Assembly: GCA_038065355.1 (NCBI GenBank)
Contig: JBBTRC010000005.1
Span: 30,530-94,529, forward strand
Origin: Patescibacteria group bacterium
GTDB taxonomy: Bacteria > Patescibacteriota > Minisyncoccia > Phycocordibacterales > UBA918
Length of the DNA: 64,000 nt
Direction of reading: 5' to 3'
Part shown: positions 1-8,966 of the stretch, piece after piece
How the letters are laid out: each line of letters opens with the position of its first letter
Position numbering within the stretch: the stretch's first letter is position 1
The notes under the pieces: model-generated
The model's input: only the letters and a program-made list of their open reading frames with translations
Told to the model about the DNA's origin: nothing
Databases searched by the model: none
Program-made: the position numbers and the translations under genes

Positions 1-477
1 CAACTCGCTCCATTTTTCAACCTGATACTTTTCACTGATGTCAGCATCAGACAAATTGTTAAGTTGCGTGACAAATGCCCTGTAGATTTCAACTTCACGA
101 GCGAGACGCGCAACCATGACCGACTTTCGCTCGGCATAAAAATTTCCGCAACGGCCAAAGAGCCGTTCAAGCTCTGTCAATTCGGAGCGCTGCAATCCCT
201 GATCTAAGCTCCCTAAAAGTTCATCAAAGCGGGTCCTCTCTTCAAGAGCGCAGTCTCTGATTATTCGTTCCGTCACCGCGTCGGCTCCATTCCGAGCAGT
301 AGTTTCGGCTATCGTAGCTAAAATTCCGGCTTGTTCAGACACTAAAATTTCTGTTTGTAACGTGAGATCGGCTAGACGTTCCTTGATCGCAAATTGAACC
401 ACAAAATAACCGAGCACGAGCACGAGAAGTGTGATTAGCAGAAGACGACTTCTTTCTGAAAGATGTTTTTGTGCCAT
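1..477 (-). CDS. Hypothetical membrane protein, 5' portion only (start codon at 475..477, gene runs off the window start). N-terminal TM helix LLLITLLVLVLGYFVVQF; start lies 1 nt after the stop of the upstream cohesin-like gene.
   Basis: Manual minus-strand translation MAQKHLSERSRLLLITLLVLVLGYFVV...; open to the window edge; tight coupling to 479..2233. Confidence 0.5.
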   Translation of the reverse strand, partial: MAQKHLSERSRLLLITLLVLVLGYFVVQFAIKERLADLTLQTEILVSEQAGILATIAETTARNGADAVTERIIRDCALEERTRFDELLGSLDQGLQRSELTELERLFGRCGNFYAERKSVMVARLAREVEIYRAFVTQLNNLSDADISEKYQVEKWSEL

Positions 478-478
478 G

Positions 479-2233
479 TTATTTGCGACGATCGGTTAAT
501 TTTTTAACGTCCATAATTTCCTTCTCAACGGCCTGTTCGGAAGTCTGGAGAGCCTTGTCAAAATGCTCGAGCATCGCCATTTCAACTTTTGACAATTTCT
601 TAGTCTTTCTGGTCTCAGTCAGCGATGTCTCATATTCACGAAGTTTCTGCTGAAGCGCGTTGAATTCACGATGCAAAATTTCGAGCGCCTCGGTTGATTC
701 GGCTCCGACTTTGGTCCTAAACCGTCGCCAGGACAGGTAGAGTAACCAGAAACCGAGCACCAATAACGCGATGAGACCGAGGAGCGGAATAACTACCGAG
801 AGTACGTTGATGAGAAGTGATCCAATACGTATAAAGCCAGACTGTTGAACGGCAATCCTAATAACTTCAGAACGTTCGCTCTTGGCCCCATAGCTATCGG
901 TTGCGATAGCGGAAAGTTCGTAGACGCCGAGCGAAAAGCGGGCTTCGGGAATGAAAGTAAATGTACCGTGTTCGTCGCTTTGTACTGTATACAGTGAGAC
1001 GGCGTTACCAATTTTTTGCAGTGAGACTTCGACCGTTGCACCGGGTTTTGTTTTACCTTTTATGACCGGAATGACTGTTTCGCTTACTTCAGTCGGGTAT
1101 TCGGTGAATACGGGCCTAGCGAAGGCTTCAATAGTAAGCGCGTACGTAGCGATAAGGCTGTTGGCGGCACGGTCAAATGCTTCGATGATCACCGTGTGAT
1201 AGCCGGGCAAAAGCGATGGCAACGCGATGGTATTTGAGGCGTTTTTGTCTATAAATTCAAATGGTTCCGCTGCGTCAATTTTGACCAGGTAGCGGCCTAT
1301 TCCTGAGGTGACATCGACTACCTTGAGCTTCAAAGTTGGCTGTGGATTACCTAGGTCGGAATTTTCCGTCGATTCGATGGTGAAAGAGATTGGCTTTTCC
1401 GTATCAACAGCCATTTTATAGTGAGTTACTTTTCCCCAGCCATCAGCATTTCTAAATTGGATGTGAAAATAAGAAGCTCCTTCCGGCAAGTCAGGCAGTG
1501 AAATTGAAGAAATTGGCTCATCATATACTTTGGTAGGAATAGTGCTCGGAGATTGATCGAGTAGAGTTCGGACGCTCGTCACTCCGCTTGGGACATTCCA
1601 GGTTAGCTCAGCAGTCTTTTGTGCATACCAGGCGTTTGTATCTGCGTGCGTGGTTGAAACGACTTGCGGTGCGGCCGGGGTATTGGCCGGCGCTACGTAT
1701 TCGATTACTTCAGGCGTCGGCGCTATCGTGGCCGCTTGAATCGTGTAACTGCCGCCATTCATGGCAGTAAGCACATTCGTGCCTTTGCCGTCATTAGCCA
1801 GGACCGAACCACCGGTAAAGGAAACCCGGGGTGCTCCCGCACCGGCCGCTCGGAACGTGATGGTCATAATGGCACCGGCACTGCCGGTGTAGCCAGTCGG
1901 CGATCCGCCGCTAAAACTGATAGTTCCGGCACTGTTTGAAAATGTTGGCTCGGTAACCCAGAGGTTGAATATCGAACTCGACCGACTGACGGCAGTGACC
2001 GAGAGTTCTCGCGGGTTAAAGCTTAACGTACCGTCAGCGGCATTCACCGCTTGCCCGTTCGTGTTTACCATCACTCGTACAGAAAATGTACCGTTTGCTT
2101 GGTACACCCCAGTGGCTGGAGAAAGTGATAAGGTCGCGGCTTCGGCCGACGAAGCCAGCGAAAAAGTAAAAAACAGTAGCGCAAAAGCAAAAAATAATTT
2201 TTTGATGGGTAGTTGTGTAAAATAGCTAGTCAT
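479..2233 (-). CDS. Scaffoldin-like membrane protein. Signal peptide, N-terminal cohesin-like domain, Ig-like region, single TM helix, cytoplasmic coiled-coil tail. Paralog of 30818..32356.
   Basis: 584-aa ORF. Cohesin-like signature SIFNLWVTEPTFSNSAGTISFSGGSPTGYTGSAGAIMTITFRA. TM LLGLIALLVLGFWLLYL followed by a heptad-rich charged tail. Collinear similarity to the 512-aa ORF at 30818..32356. Confidence 0.75.
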   Translation of the reverse strand: MTSYFTQLPIKKLFFAFALLFFTFSLASSAEAATLSLSPATGVYQANGTFSVRVMVNTNGQAVNAADGTLSFNPRELSVTAVSRSSSIFNLWVTEPTFSNSAGTISFSGGSPTGYTGSAGAIMTITFRAAGAGAPRVSFTGGSVLANDGKGTNVLTAMNGGSYTIQAATIAPTPEVIEYVAPANTPAAPQVVSTTHADTNAWYAQKTAELTWNVPSGVTSVRTLLDQSPSTIPTKVYDEPISSISLPDLPEGASYFHIQFRNADGWGKVTHYKMAVDTEKPISFTIESTENSDLGNPQPTLKLKVVDVTSGIGRYLVKIDAAEPFEFIDKNASNTIALPSLLPGYHTVIIEAFDRAANSLIATYALTIEAFARPVFTEYPTEVSETVIPVIKGKTKPGATVEVSLQKIGNAVSLYTVQSDEHGTFTFIPEARFSLGVYELSAIATDSYGAKSERSEVIRIAVQQSGFIRIGSLLINVLSVVIPLLGLIALLVLGFWLLYLSWRRFRTKVGAESTEALEILHREFNALQQKLREYETSLTETRKTKKLSKVEMAMLEHFDKALQTSEQAVEKEIMDVKKLTDRRK

Positions 2234-3284
2234 ATAGAGAAGTGGGTGTTTCTATTTCTTTGTTCATTTCTTCCTCCTCGGGCGTAGCCAACCTCTTCCG
2301 ACGTCGGATGACATGCGTGACAACGATGCCGCCCACGACGAGCAACATGACCACCAAGAGAGCCAACACTCCGTTAAGAATCTGTACTGTAGCAATACCA
2401 CGCATGCTTGAATCCGGCACCAGGGTTGCAATGTATTCGTTCCCGGCCTTATCAAGCGCCCGTACACGGATAATGCTGTTGAGCGATTGGTCTTTGAGCA
2501 CGTAGGGACTGCGGGCAGTTATCCATGGTGCATCGGCGCGGCCCCAGATGAAGGTGCCAAATTCAGCTAGTGGCTGTTCTATTACTTGGTACTGGTCGAC
2601 GCCGGTTTGTTTGTCGGTGGTGTTAAACACAATGTAGTGTTTGCCTCCAAACGCCAACGTGTCCTTTTCGAGAGCGATACTAAACTCTTCCGGCGGCCTA
2701 ACGTCAGCCTGGACTGCTTCACGCCACGGGTCTTCCAACACCGCACCAGCTTTTTTTGTGAGCGCTATGGTCGCGCCGTAGACGGTGGGAGCCACCACAG
2801 TACCTTGCCCGTCGTTTAAATAGGCCGATGTAGCAGGATCAAAGTCAATATGAGCCACTGCGTCGTTCTCTCCACCAATAGCAAAGCCGGGTGATCTAAA
2901 AATTATGTTGATGAGATTATTGGTGAGGCGCGGGTCGCCTGAAATGCGACCGCAGTAACCATTTGGAATTCCGCCGGCAAAAGTGATAGTGCGTTTGTCC
3001 TTGTTAATGATGGGGTTTTCAACCCAGACATTAAAAATCGAATCTCCGATGGAGATATCAATCGGCACGACATTTTCGGTGTAAGTAATGACGGCGTCAA
3101 TCGCGTTCACGCATTCTTGTGCCGCCTCATCAACATCGAGCCGAACCGCGAGTGTGATGGCATCGCCGCGGTTGATCTCGCTGTGACCCGGGTCTATATA
3201 CAGAGACGCGGCAGTGGCCGAAAACGGCACAGCAACGCTACAAAAAAACAGCCCGAGGATAGCAATTCCTAACTTCCCTTTCAT
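2226..3284 (-). CDS. Secreted cohesin-like domain protein with C-terminal TM anchor and basic RRRKR tail.
   Basis: 352-aa ORF. Signal peptide. Motif IFNVWVENPIINKDKRTITFAGGIPNGYCG resembles the cohesin-like domains of 479..2233 and 30818..32356. C-terminal LALLVVMLLVVGGIVV + RRRKR. Overlaps the downstream gene by 8 nt. Confidence 0.7.
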   Translation of the reverse strand: MKGKLGIAILGLFFCSVAVPFSATAASLYIDPGHSEINRGDAITLAVRLDVDEAAQECVNAIDAVITYTENVVPIDISIGDSIFNVWVENPIINKDKRTITFAGGIPNGYCGRISGDPRLTNNLINIIFRSPGFAIGGENDAVAHIDFDPATSAYLNDGQGTVVAPTVYGATIALTKKAGAVLEDPWREAVQADVRPPEEFSIALEKDTLAFGGKHYIVFNTTDKQTGVDQYQVIEQPLAEFGTFIWGRADAPWITARSPYVLKDQSLNSIIRVRALDKAGNEYIATLVPDSSMRGIATVQILNGVLALLVVMLLVVGGIVVTHVIRRRKRLATPEEEEMNKEIETPTSLYD

Positions 3285-3335
3285 ATTCTAGATTATAGCA
3301 GTGAGACAACTCTGAAATGTAACCTGTGCACATAC

Positions 3336-3371
3336 AAAAAACCCTTCTCGTGGTGGGAGATAGGGTTTTTT
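3336..3371 (-). terminator. Stem-loop flanked by A/T runs (aaaaaaccc...gggtttttt); candidate intrinsic terminator after the 3399..4556 gene.
   Basis: Inverted repeat with T-run visible on both strands, 28-60 nt downstream of the stop codon at 3399. Confidence 0.5.
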
Positions 3372-3398
3372 GATTACTCCAAGCTTAGAGCCAATTTT

Positions 3399-4556
3399 TT
3401 AGAAAACTGGTGTTGCTACGTATGTCAACGTAGCTGTGTAGTCGCTAGCTGCTTCCTGCAAGCCGCCAATTTCTACTTTGTAACCGACACGAGTGGTTCC
3501 TTCTCCCTGTCCGGTGCCATCAGCGGGACCGGTGTGCCGAAACACTTCAACTGGTGACGTGAGAGCCGCAACAAAGCGATCCCCGCCGCTACCTACGTTG
3601 AAAGGATTGGTAAGTCCACTCGTGAGAGTGTCGTCATCTGAAGCAACGCCCCAGTGACCGTACGTATCTTCATCTCCGAGAGTCTCAGATGGCGCTTCCC
3701 AAGCAACGGCAACAGTATCTCCGTTACCGTTTCGGAACGAATCGATATCGGCACCATTGGTTGAGCTGAGTTGCTGGTCTGTGACTACCGTGACGACGAA
3801 ACCGTTGCGGGCGTTCGTTGTCACCGCGAGATCTTGAGCGGCAGTACTGGCTGTGTTGGCAGACAGTTCACCAAACGGAATTGTGGTGGCCGTTGTGGCA
3901 CCTCCGGTCGTGTCAGCTGTGTTGACTGCTTGGCCGCTTGTGACTCCACTCACTGTAAAAGTAAAGATGGTGTCGACAGAAGCGGTAACAGTCACTGAGC
4001 TAAGAATCATGACACGAGTTGAACCCGTGTCTGATGCTCCGGCTGTTGCGTTGATCTCATACGAACCAGCGGCAGGGTTGGTGAGCTGTGCGTTACCAGC
4101 ACCTCCTGAAGTGGCGTTGAGGCCAATTTCAATGGTGGTGGTACCGTTCGTTGGAATCGAGCCTCCGTCACCTGCACAAAACGTGATGGTGAGAGTCGTT
4201 CCTGAAAACGCTGCACTCGCTTGTTCCGAACCCGTACAATCAGCCGCTAACGTGAAATCTGAGGTGGTCGCAACGTCAATGTCGGTGTCATTCACTGAAC
4301 CAACGACGAATGGACCATCTGCAAAATCAAGTGTTATGGTTGACCCGTTTGCTACTCCGGTCGGAGTGGTAAACACGATGGTATGGTCTGACGCAACAGT
4401 CGGCGCTGAATCCGAAAGTGTGTCGCTAAAAGAGCTGACATTAGCAGCTTCCGCAAAGCGGAGTGACGGTAAACCTACTGACCAAAGAAAGATGGCGAGG
4501 CCCACAATCGCTGCTGTGGCTTGGAGCACGGAGAACGTTTGTGACGTTCTGTGCAT
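3399..4556 (-). CDS. Secreted Thr/Gly/Ser-rich beta-rich protein, 385 aa, monocistronic. Paralog of 36482..37636. Candidate major surface structural subunit.
   Basis: Signal peptide. Central ~170 aa near-identical to the 36482..37636 product (SDHTIVFTTPTGVANG...AADCTG...AAFSGTTLTITFCAGDGGSIP). Both end ...TLTY(V/I)ATP(V/T)F. Own hairpin downstream. Confidence 0.7.
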   Translation of the reverse strand: MHRTSQTFSVLQATAAIVGLAIFLWSVGLPSLRFAEAANVSSFSDTLSDSAPTVASDHTIVFTTPTGVANGSTITLDFADGPFVVGSVNDTDIDVATTSDFTLAADCTGSEQASAAFSGTTLTITFCAGDGGSIPTNGTTTIEIGLNATSGGAGNAQLTNPAAGSYEINATAGASDTGSTRVMILSSVTVTASVDTIFTFTVSGVTSGQAVNTADTTGGATTATTIPFGELSANTASTAAQDLAVTTNARNGFVVTVVTDQQLSSTNGADIDSFRNGNGDTVAVAWEAPSETLGDEDTYGHWGVASDDDTLTSGLTNPFNVGSGGDRFVAALTSPVEVFRHTGPADGTGQGEGTTRVGYKVEIGGLQEAASDYTATLTYVATPVF

Positions 4557-4706
4557 ATACTCTACGTTGTATTAGCTCACAGACTTATAGCACGTGGTGT
4601 GTGCTACAACCAAGAAAACTTGTGTCGACATACTGGTCTCCACTCCGGTATGCTGAAAAGACGAACTGTGAACATACGTATTTGGTAACACTCGGCTGAA
4701 GCATCC

Positions 4707-4745
4707 CCGGCACCTTCTCTCGTCACTGCCGAGAGAAGGTGCCGG
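4707..4745 (-). terminator. Perfect 16-bp GC-rich hairpin (ccggcaccttctctcg / cgagagaaggtgccgg, 7-nt loop) downstream of the dockerin gene. No U-tract. Terminator-like or regulatory structure.
   Basis: Exact inverted repeat read directly from the sequence, in the 288-nt intergenic region 4557..4844. Confidence 0.4.
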
Positions 4746-4844
4746 GCAGTAGCATTAAATTGACTACCTCCCAAATATGTACTCCTTCATTGTACGATGC
4801 ACCCCAATCTATCCCTTGCAGTTATGCACAAATCTTTATTCATT

Positions 4845-5978
4845 TTATCCGCTCCAATTAAAAAGAAGAATCGAGAAGTCCTCAAGACTCACCCGACCGT
4901 TCCCGTTAATGTCAGCCGGGGGGTCTGAGTCTCCGCCATTGGTTTGCCACCAAAAAATCAAAATTGAAAAGTCGGTAAGATTAATTTTGCCATCGCGATT
5001 CAAGTCAGAGGGTGTAGTCGCACGACCTTCTATGCCCACAAAAAGCTGCAGGGAGCTGCTGAAACTACTTTGTGACGTGAGTGGCGGCGTACCGGCCACC
5101 GTGCGGGCGCGGAGTGTGTGTTCAGCTATGGATAACTGACTGGTGTTTAGACTAATGCTCCAGCTACCGTTAGCCGCCACGCTGGTTCGCTCAATGACGG
5201 TGCTGTTGTCGACATGTAGCTCAAGGGTGGTGTTGGGAACAGACTGACCAGATACAGTGACAGCCGCTCCTGGAATCACATTTGGGTTCGTGACTCGTAT
5301 CGTAGGCGGTAACAGCACGCCGTTAATATTCGTAATGGCGCCTTGCGTCACATCAAAAGTAGTATTGAGGGTGATCGACCGCGTGCCGCTCGTGTCGGTT
5401 GACCACACTCCAAGGGTGGCAGTTCCGGGCGATGCTTCAGCAGCGAACTCAAACGCGCCGCTACTGTTTGACTGTACTGAGCCGACAGATTCAGTGTCAA
5501 TTAAAAAATTTACAGTTCGCGACGGATAGGCTCTTCCGATAACGTTAATTTGGGTGTCTCCAAGATCACGATTACTACCACCGCCGCCGCCAGAGGAGCC
5601 GCCCGAGGAGCCGCCGCCGCCCGAACCGGCCGGCTCGACTTCACAAATTGCCGAGCAGAAGTCACCGTCGGTGTTGTTACCGTCGTCACATTCTTCTTGG
5701 TGAATTGTTTGCAAAATTCCGTCGCCGCAGTAAGGTCCAAATAAACACGAAACGGTGCACTGCCTACCGGCTATGGTTTGGCTATACACTCCGGTTTCGC
5801 CCGGCACGTCACATTGCTCACCGGGATCAACAATGATATTGCCACAAACACTTAAAGTGAGAGTGGTAGTAGCGGTAAACTGTGCCGCTACCGGTGTGGG
5901 CGTAAAGACTCCTAGCGCGTAAACGCACACCAGGGCTACCACCGCAGAGAATGTACAAAAAATGCTAACCTTTCCCAT
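4845..5978 (-). CDS. Secreted dockerin-containing protein with Myxococcus-type cysteine-rich repeats, a Gly/Ser linker and Ig-like repeats. Paralogous C-terminal region to 32919..34814.
   Basis: 377-aa ORF. Signal peptide. Cys-rich repeats (CGNIIVDPGEQCD...CGDGILQ...EECDDGNNTDGDFCSAIC). Linker GGGGSSGGSSGGGGGS. C-terminal duplicated dockerin-type segment DLNRDGKINLTDFSILIFWW...DINGNGRVSLEDFSILLFNW. Confidence 0.75.
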   Translation of the reverse strand: MGKVSIFCTFSAVVALVCVYALGVFTPTPVAAQFTATTTLTLSVCGNIIVDPGEQCDVPGETGVYSQTIAGRQCTVSCLFGPYCGDGILQTIHQEECDDGNNTDGDFCSAICEVEPAGSGGGGSSGGSSGGGGGSNRDLGDTQINVIGRAYPSRTVNFLIDTESVGSVQSNSSGAFEFAAEASPGTATLGVWSTDTSGTRSITLNTTFDVTQGAITNINGVLLPPTIRVTNPNVIPGAAVTVSGQSVPNTTLELHVDNSTVIERTSVAANGSWSISLNTSQLSIAEHTLRARTVAGTPPLTSQSSFSSSLQLFVGIEGRATTPSDLNRDGKINLTDFSILIFWWQTNGGDSDPPADINGNGRVSLEDFSILLFNWSG

Positions 5979-6924
5979 GACGCTTTCGTCGGCGTATGTG
6001 TAGGAAGTAGAGAATCACAATAAGCAGTGAGAAAATCGGCAACAAGACTGAAACTTTGTGCGCGAGTGAAAGCCCAATAAAGCCGAAGCTTGCGACCTGC
6101 AGCGTACCCTCCGGCAAAATACTAAGGCTAAGGTCGCCCTCCTGTTTTATATCTTCCCCATTAAGAATTCGATATCGTGCAATGTAGCTGTCAGCGGGCA
6201 GACGAGTCGGTAATTCGGCCAATACCTCACCGGTCGCGTATGGCGCTATCGGTTTCATTTTGCCAATGTTTTTTGTCTCCTCAAGTAGTACTTTGCCAGT
6301 CCGATCATAAATACGAAAATCCACTTTCGAAGGTGCAATATCGACGTTGCCAGTGTTTTCCACTAACATTTTAAAGCGGATTTTTCCGGGGAAAAATAAC
6401 CACCCGAGCTTGTGCCCTTCGTTTAAATCATCAACGGCCACTTTTCTAATGCGAAAATCTTTTATCTGTTTATCAATGACTGACAACTCAATGTCAACGA
6501 GTGCGCCGAGAGAAATACTCACCGCGCCTATTGCCACTTGTCCGTCCTCCGGCACCGTGCGAATGCGAATCGAACCTTCGTATTCCTTAAACTCAGCATC
6601 AGACGGCACGGTGACCCGTACTGTCATAGGTACCTTTTGTTCACCTCGCGGCAAGGAAATATTTTCACCCTCAACTATTTCTATCCAGGATTCAATTTCT
6701 GGAGCGTCGATGGTGATCTCCGCTTTTTGCGCCACATCAGGGTCACCGCGTACCAGGAGAATTTGCTGTTCATACACTGAGTTGCGAGTCAGGCTGGTGT
6801 TCTTCACATACGGCGGTGTAATACCAAAACCAGCAAAAACATCAGTCACGCCGGCACTGAAAAAAAACACTGGTACCAGCATAGAGACCACACACAGCTG
6901 TCGCGCTAACCCGCCCATGGACAA
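5965..6924 (-). CDS. Tail-anchored cell-surface protein: signal peptide, beta-rich ectodomain, C-terminal TM and RRRKRHGKG tail. Paralogous architecture to 35286..36356.
   Basis: 319-aa ORF. N-terminal signal LVPVFFFSAGVTDVFA. C-terminal LLPIFSLLIVILYFLHI + RRRKR. Overlaps the dockerin gene start by 14 nt. Confidence 0.65.
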   Translation of the reverse strand: MSMGGLARQLCVVSMLVPVFFFSAGVTDVFAGFGITPPYVKNTSLTRNSVYEQQILLVRGDPDVAQKAEITIDAPEIESWIEIVEGENISLPRGEQKVPMTVRVTVPSDAEFKEYEGSIRIRTVPEDGQVAIGAVSISLGALVDIELSVIDKQIKDFRIRKVAVDDLNEGHKLGWLFFPGKIRFKMLVENTGNVDIAPSKVDFRIYDRTGKVLLEETKNIGKMKPIAPYATGEVLAELPTRLPADSYIARYRILNGEDIKQEGDLSLSILPEGTLQVASFGFIGLSLAHKVSVLLPIFSLLIVILYFLHIRRRKRHGKG

Positions 6925-7014
6925 TTCACATAATTATCGAGAAAAAAGCCATAAAAAGCAACAACCACTGCGGGATAACAGTGGTGTTGTGTACAAAGTA
7001 AAGGCGTGGATTTG

Positions 7015-8889
7015 TTACCAGTCGGTCGCTTCGGCCGTGACCGCGTAGAAAGTGTTGAGTCCTTGGTAGCTACCAGCGAGCGTGATGGAGATTGGTACGG
7101 AGATACCCCAGTAGGTCACTCCCGAACTTGGAGTTGAAGTGCTCGTTGTTTTGGCGACATCAAGTTCGACTTCTTGCACCGTTGATGAGGAAAGGATAAT
7201 AGCAAGCGGGCTGTTGTATGCCAGTGAGGTCGAGGCGAATTGTTGTTCGCTTTCAGGAATAGTTGAAGTAGCTGAGGGTGCGCATTCACTGCCAATGGCA
7301 AACGTACCGCACATTGATTCACCTTCAACTTCCTGGTCAAGCCCAGTGTTACCCACTGATAAGACAGAGGTAGTTGCGCTGAGCGTGCCGGTGTCGTCAC
7401 CTGGTTCAAGAGACCCGTACGGAATTTGAGCGGTGAGCAAATCAAGCGCAGTGAAACTAATCAGTTCAACCGGGTTGGTAGTCGTGGCCATTGAACTAGT
7501 CGCAAAGTCATCATCTGCCCCAGCTATTCCGACAGACCAGTTATCAGCCGCAAACGCCGCTGGCGTTTCGGGTGCCGCGTCGGTTGGGTCAGCTACGAAC
7601 CATAATGGGAACGTACAAGTATAGTCGAGTTGGTCGACGAATGGGCTGGTGCACTGCGTGCTCGAGGCAGTACAGCTTAAGTTCCAGGTTGTTGTTGCAA
7701 GGCCATTCGGGTAACAATAATTTGGATTATACGAACCAGCCGCGCCGGTACAGGTAGTGGTGCCGTAACTTGATCTGAACACAGATACTACGTAATCGGT
7801 AATCTCTGAACTTGAAGCGGAGGTCAGACAGCTGTTCGCATCACGAACGGTGAAGTCAAGTGTAAAGCCGGTTGTCTCGGCTCCCTCCTGAGTCAACGTA
7901 ATGTTTGAACCACTATTAAGGCTTATATCGCCGCCGAGGACAACCGGCGCAACGTTATTGACGGTGAAGTTTGATTGGTCGGGGTTAGCTAACGCTTCGT
8001 GTCCATGTTCGTCGATAATATAGCCGTAGGCTGGGTAGGGTGCGTCGCGCAAGATTGAAGCCAGCGTGTATGCCGCGTCTGCGTCAGCCGCCACACCGAC
8101 GGTGGTCGAGGCTAAGAAAGCAGATCCGCAAGAGTTGGTGGTAGGGTTGTAGCTGGTGTTGTCACTACAGACAATTAGATATATGTCATCCTCTCCCCCG
8201 ACGGAATCAGGGTCAGTTGAAGTTGAATTAAAGGTCACGATATCCCCGGGATCCTTCGGGCCGTCGTTCCAGACATTAGTCAAGACCGGGCGACTATTGA
8301 CGTTGAACGGTGACGAATTTGTCGCGCTGAAGCCCTGCACTGGCGTTGCATTACAGCGAGGATTGAATGGATCGTCGTCGCAGACCCAGGCGTACCAAGT
8401 GTTGAGTTCTGCGAAAGGTGCTACTTCTGCGGTAGTGGTAGAGACGCTGGCCAGCGCGCCGCTCGCGGCCGCCGTTGAAACTCCCCATTGTGTACCGCCA
8501 CCACAATCAGGCGGAGCGGTGCCTAGGTTGCCCGGACCAGCGGCCGCGTTGGCGGTCGGAGTGGCATTCGAACTACAAACAAGAAGGAAATACGGGGCGC
8601 CGTTACTGTCTGTGGCCACCGCCGCGAACTGGATGGCGGTACCAGAATTAGTGGGTGATGAAGTTGAGGATTCCACCACCTCATAGGCATCGGTTGTAAA
8701 GAAAGGCGGTGTGTTAAGCACCGTGAGCGTCGTCGTGGCCGACTGCGCTGACACCTTACTCAACTGCTGCGTTCCGGCATCAAATATGAAAGCCACCAAA
8801 AACACCGCCAAACCTACAACGGCGGTGAAGATGGTTATTTTTCCAGCGGTCTTTAGGTAGCGCGACTGCTCTTCTTTGTTATACAACAT
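7015..8889 (-). CDS. N-terminally anchored Thr/Ser/Cys-rich surface protein, 624 aa. Ends with the same YWGIxVP...QGxNxF motif as the 5531-aa giant protein.
   Basis: N-terminal TM ITIFTAVVGLAVFLVAFIF. Cys-rich mid region. C-terminus TSTPSSGVTYWGISVPISITLAGSYQGLNTFYAV aligns with the giant protein C-terminus. Confidence 0.65.
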   Translation of the reverse strand: MLYNKEEQSRYLKTAGKITIFTAVVGLAVFLVAFIFDAGTQQLSKVSAQSATTTLTVLNTPPFFTTDAYEVVESSTSSPTNSGTAIQFAAVATDSNGAPYFLLVCSSNATPTANAAAGPGNLGTAPPDCGGGTQWGVSTAAASGALASVSTTTAEVAPFAELNTWYAWVCDDDPFNPRCNATPVQGFSATNSSPFNVNSRPVLTNVWNDGPKDPGDIVTFNSTSTDPDSVGGEDDIYLIVCSDNTSYNPTTNSCGSAFLASTTVGVAADADAAYTLASILRDAPYPAYGYIIDEHGHEALANPDQSNFTVNNVAPVVLGGDISLNSGSNITLTQEGAETTGFTLDFTVRDANSCLTSASSSEITDYVVSVFRSSYGTTTCTGAAGSYNPNYCYPNGLATTTWNLSCTASSTQCTSPFVDQLDYTCTFPLWFVADPTDAAPETPAAFAADNWSVGIAGADDDFATSSMATTTNPVELISFTALDLLTAQIPYGSLEPGDDTGTLSATTSVLSVGNTGLDQEVEGESMCGTFAIGSECAPSATSTIPESEQQFASTSLAYNSPLAIILSSSTVQEVELDVAKTTSTSTPSSGVTYWGISVPISITLAGSYQGLNTFYAVTAEATDW

Positions 8890-8966
8890 AATAAATTTAT
8901 AATAAAAAACTAGCTTTACACATATTTTACACCGTTACTACACAGCCTATACACAAGTTATACACA

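Noticed and set aside
3853-4575. 240-aa plus-strand ORF, and the matching 146-aa ORF at 36930..37370.
   Set aside because: Antisense to the paralogous 385-aa structural genes. Val/Ala/Pro-rich mirror translation of Thr/Gly-rich coding sequence. Both paralogs produce the same shadow ORF, as expected for an artefact.
4777-5139. Plus-strand ORF (120 aa) overlapping the dockerin gene. Similar ones occur at 32932..33120 (+) and 32887..33228 (-).
   Set aside because: They are antisense or alternate-frame readings of the duplicated dockerin segment. The same peptide words (KSVRFTRPSRL, SAGGSESPPL) recur because the dockerin repeat is duplicated. They are fully contained in better-supported genes.
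5965-6924. Assignment of the tail-anchored proteins (this gene and 35286..36356) to the Gram-positive DUF916/CscA family.
   Set aside because: Only the overall architecture matches (signal peptide, beta-rich domain, C-terminal TM plus basic tail). No family-specific motif could be verified by eye.
6347-7048. 233-aa plus-strand ORF.
   Set aside because: Antisense to the tail-anchored surface protein gene 5965..6924 and the start of 7015..8889. Low-complexity Ser/Arg-rich translation.
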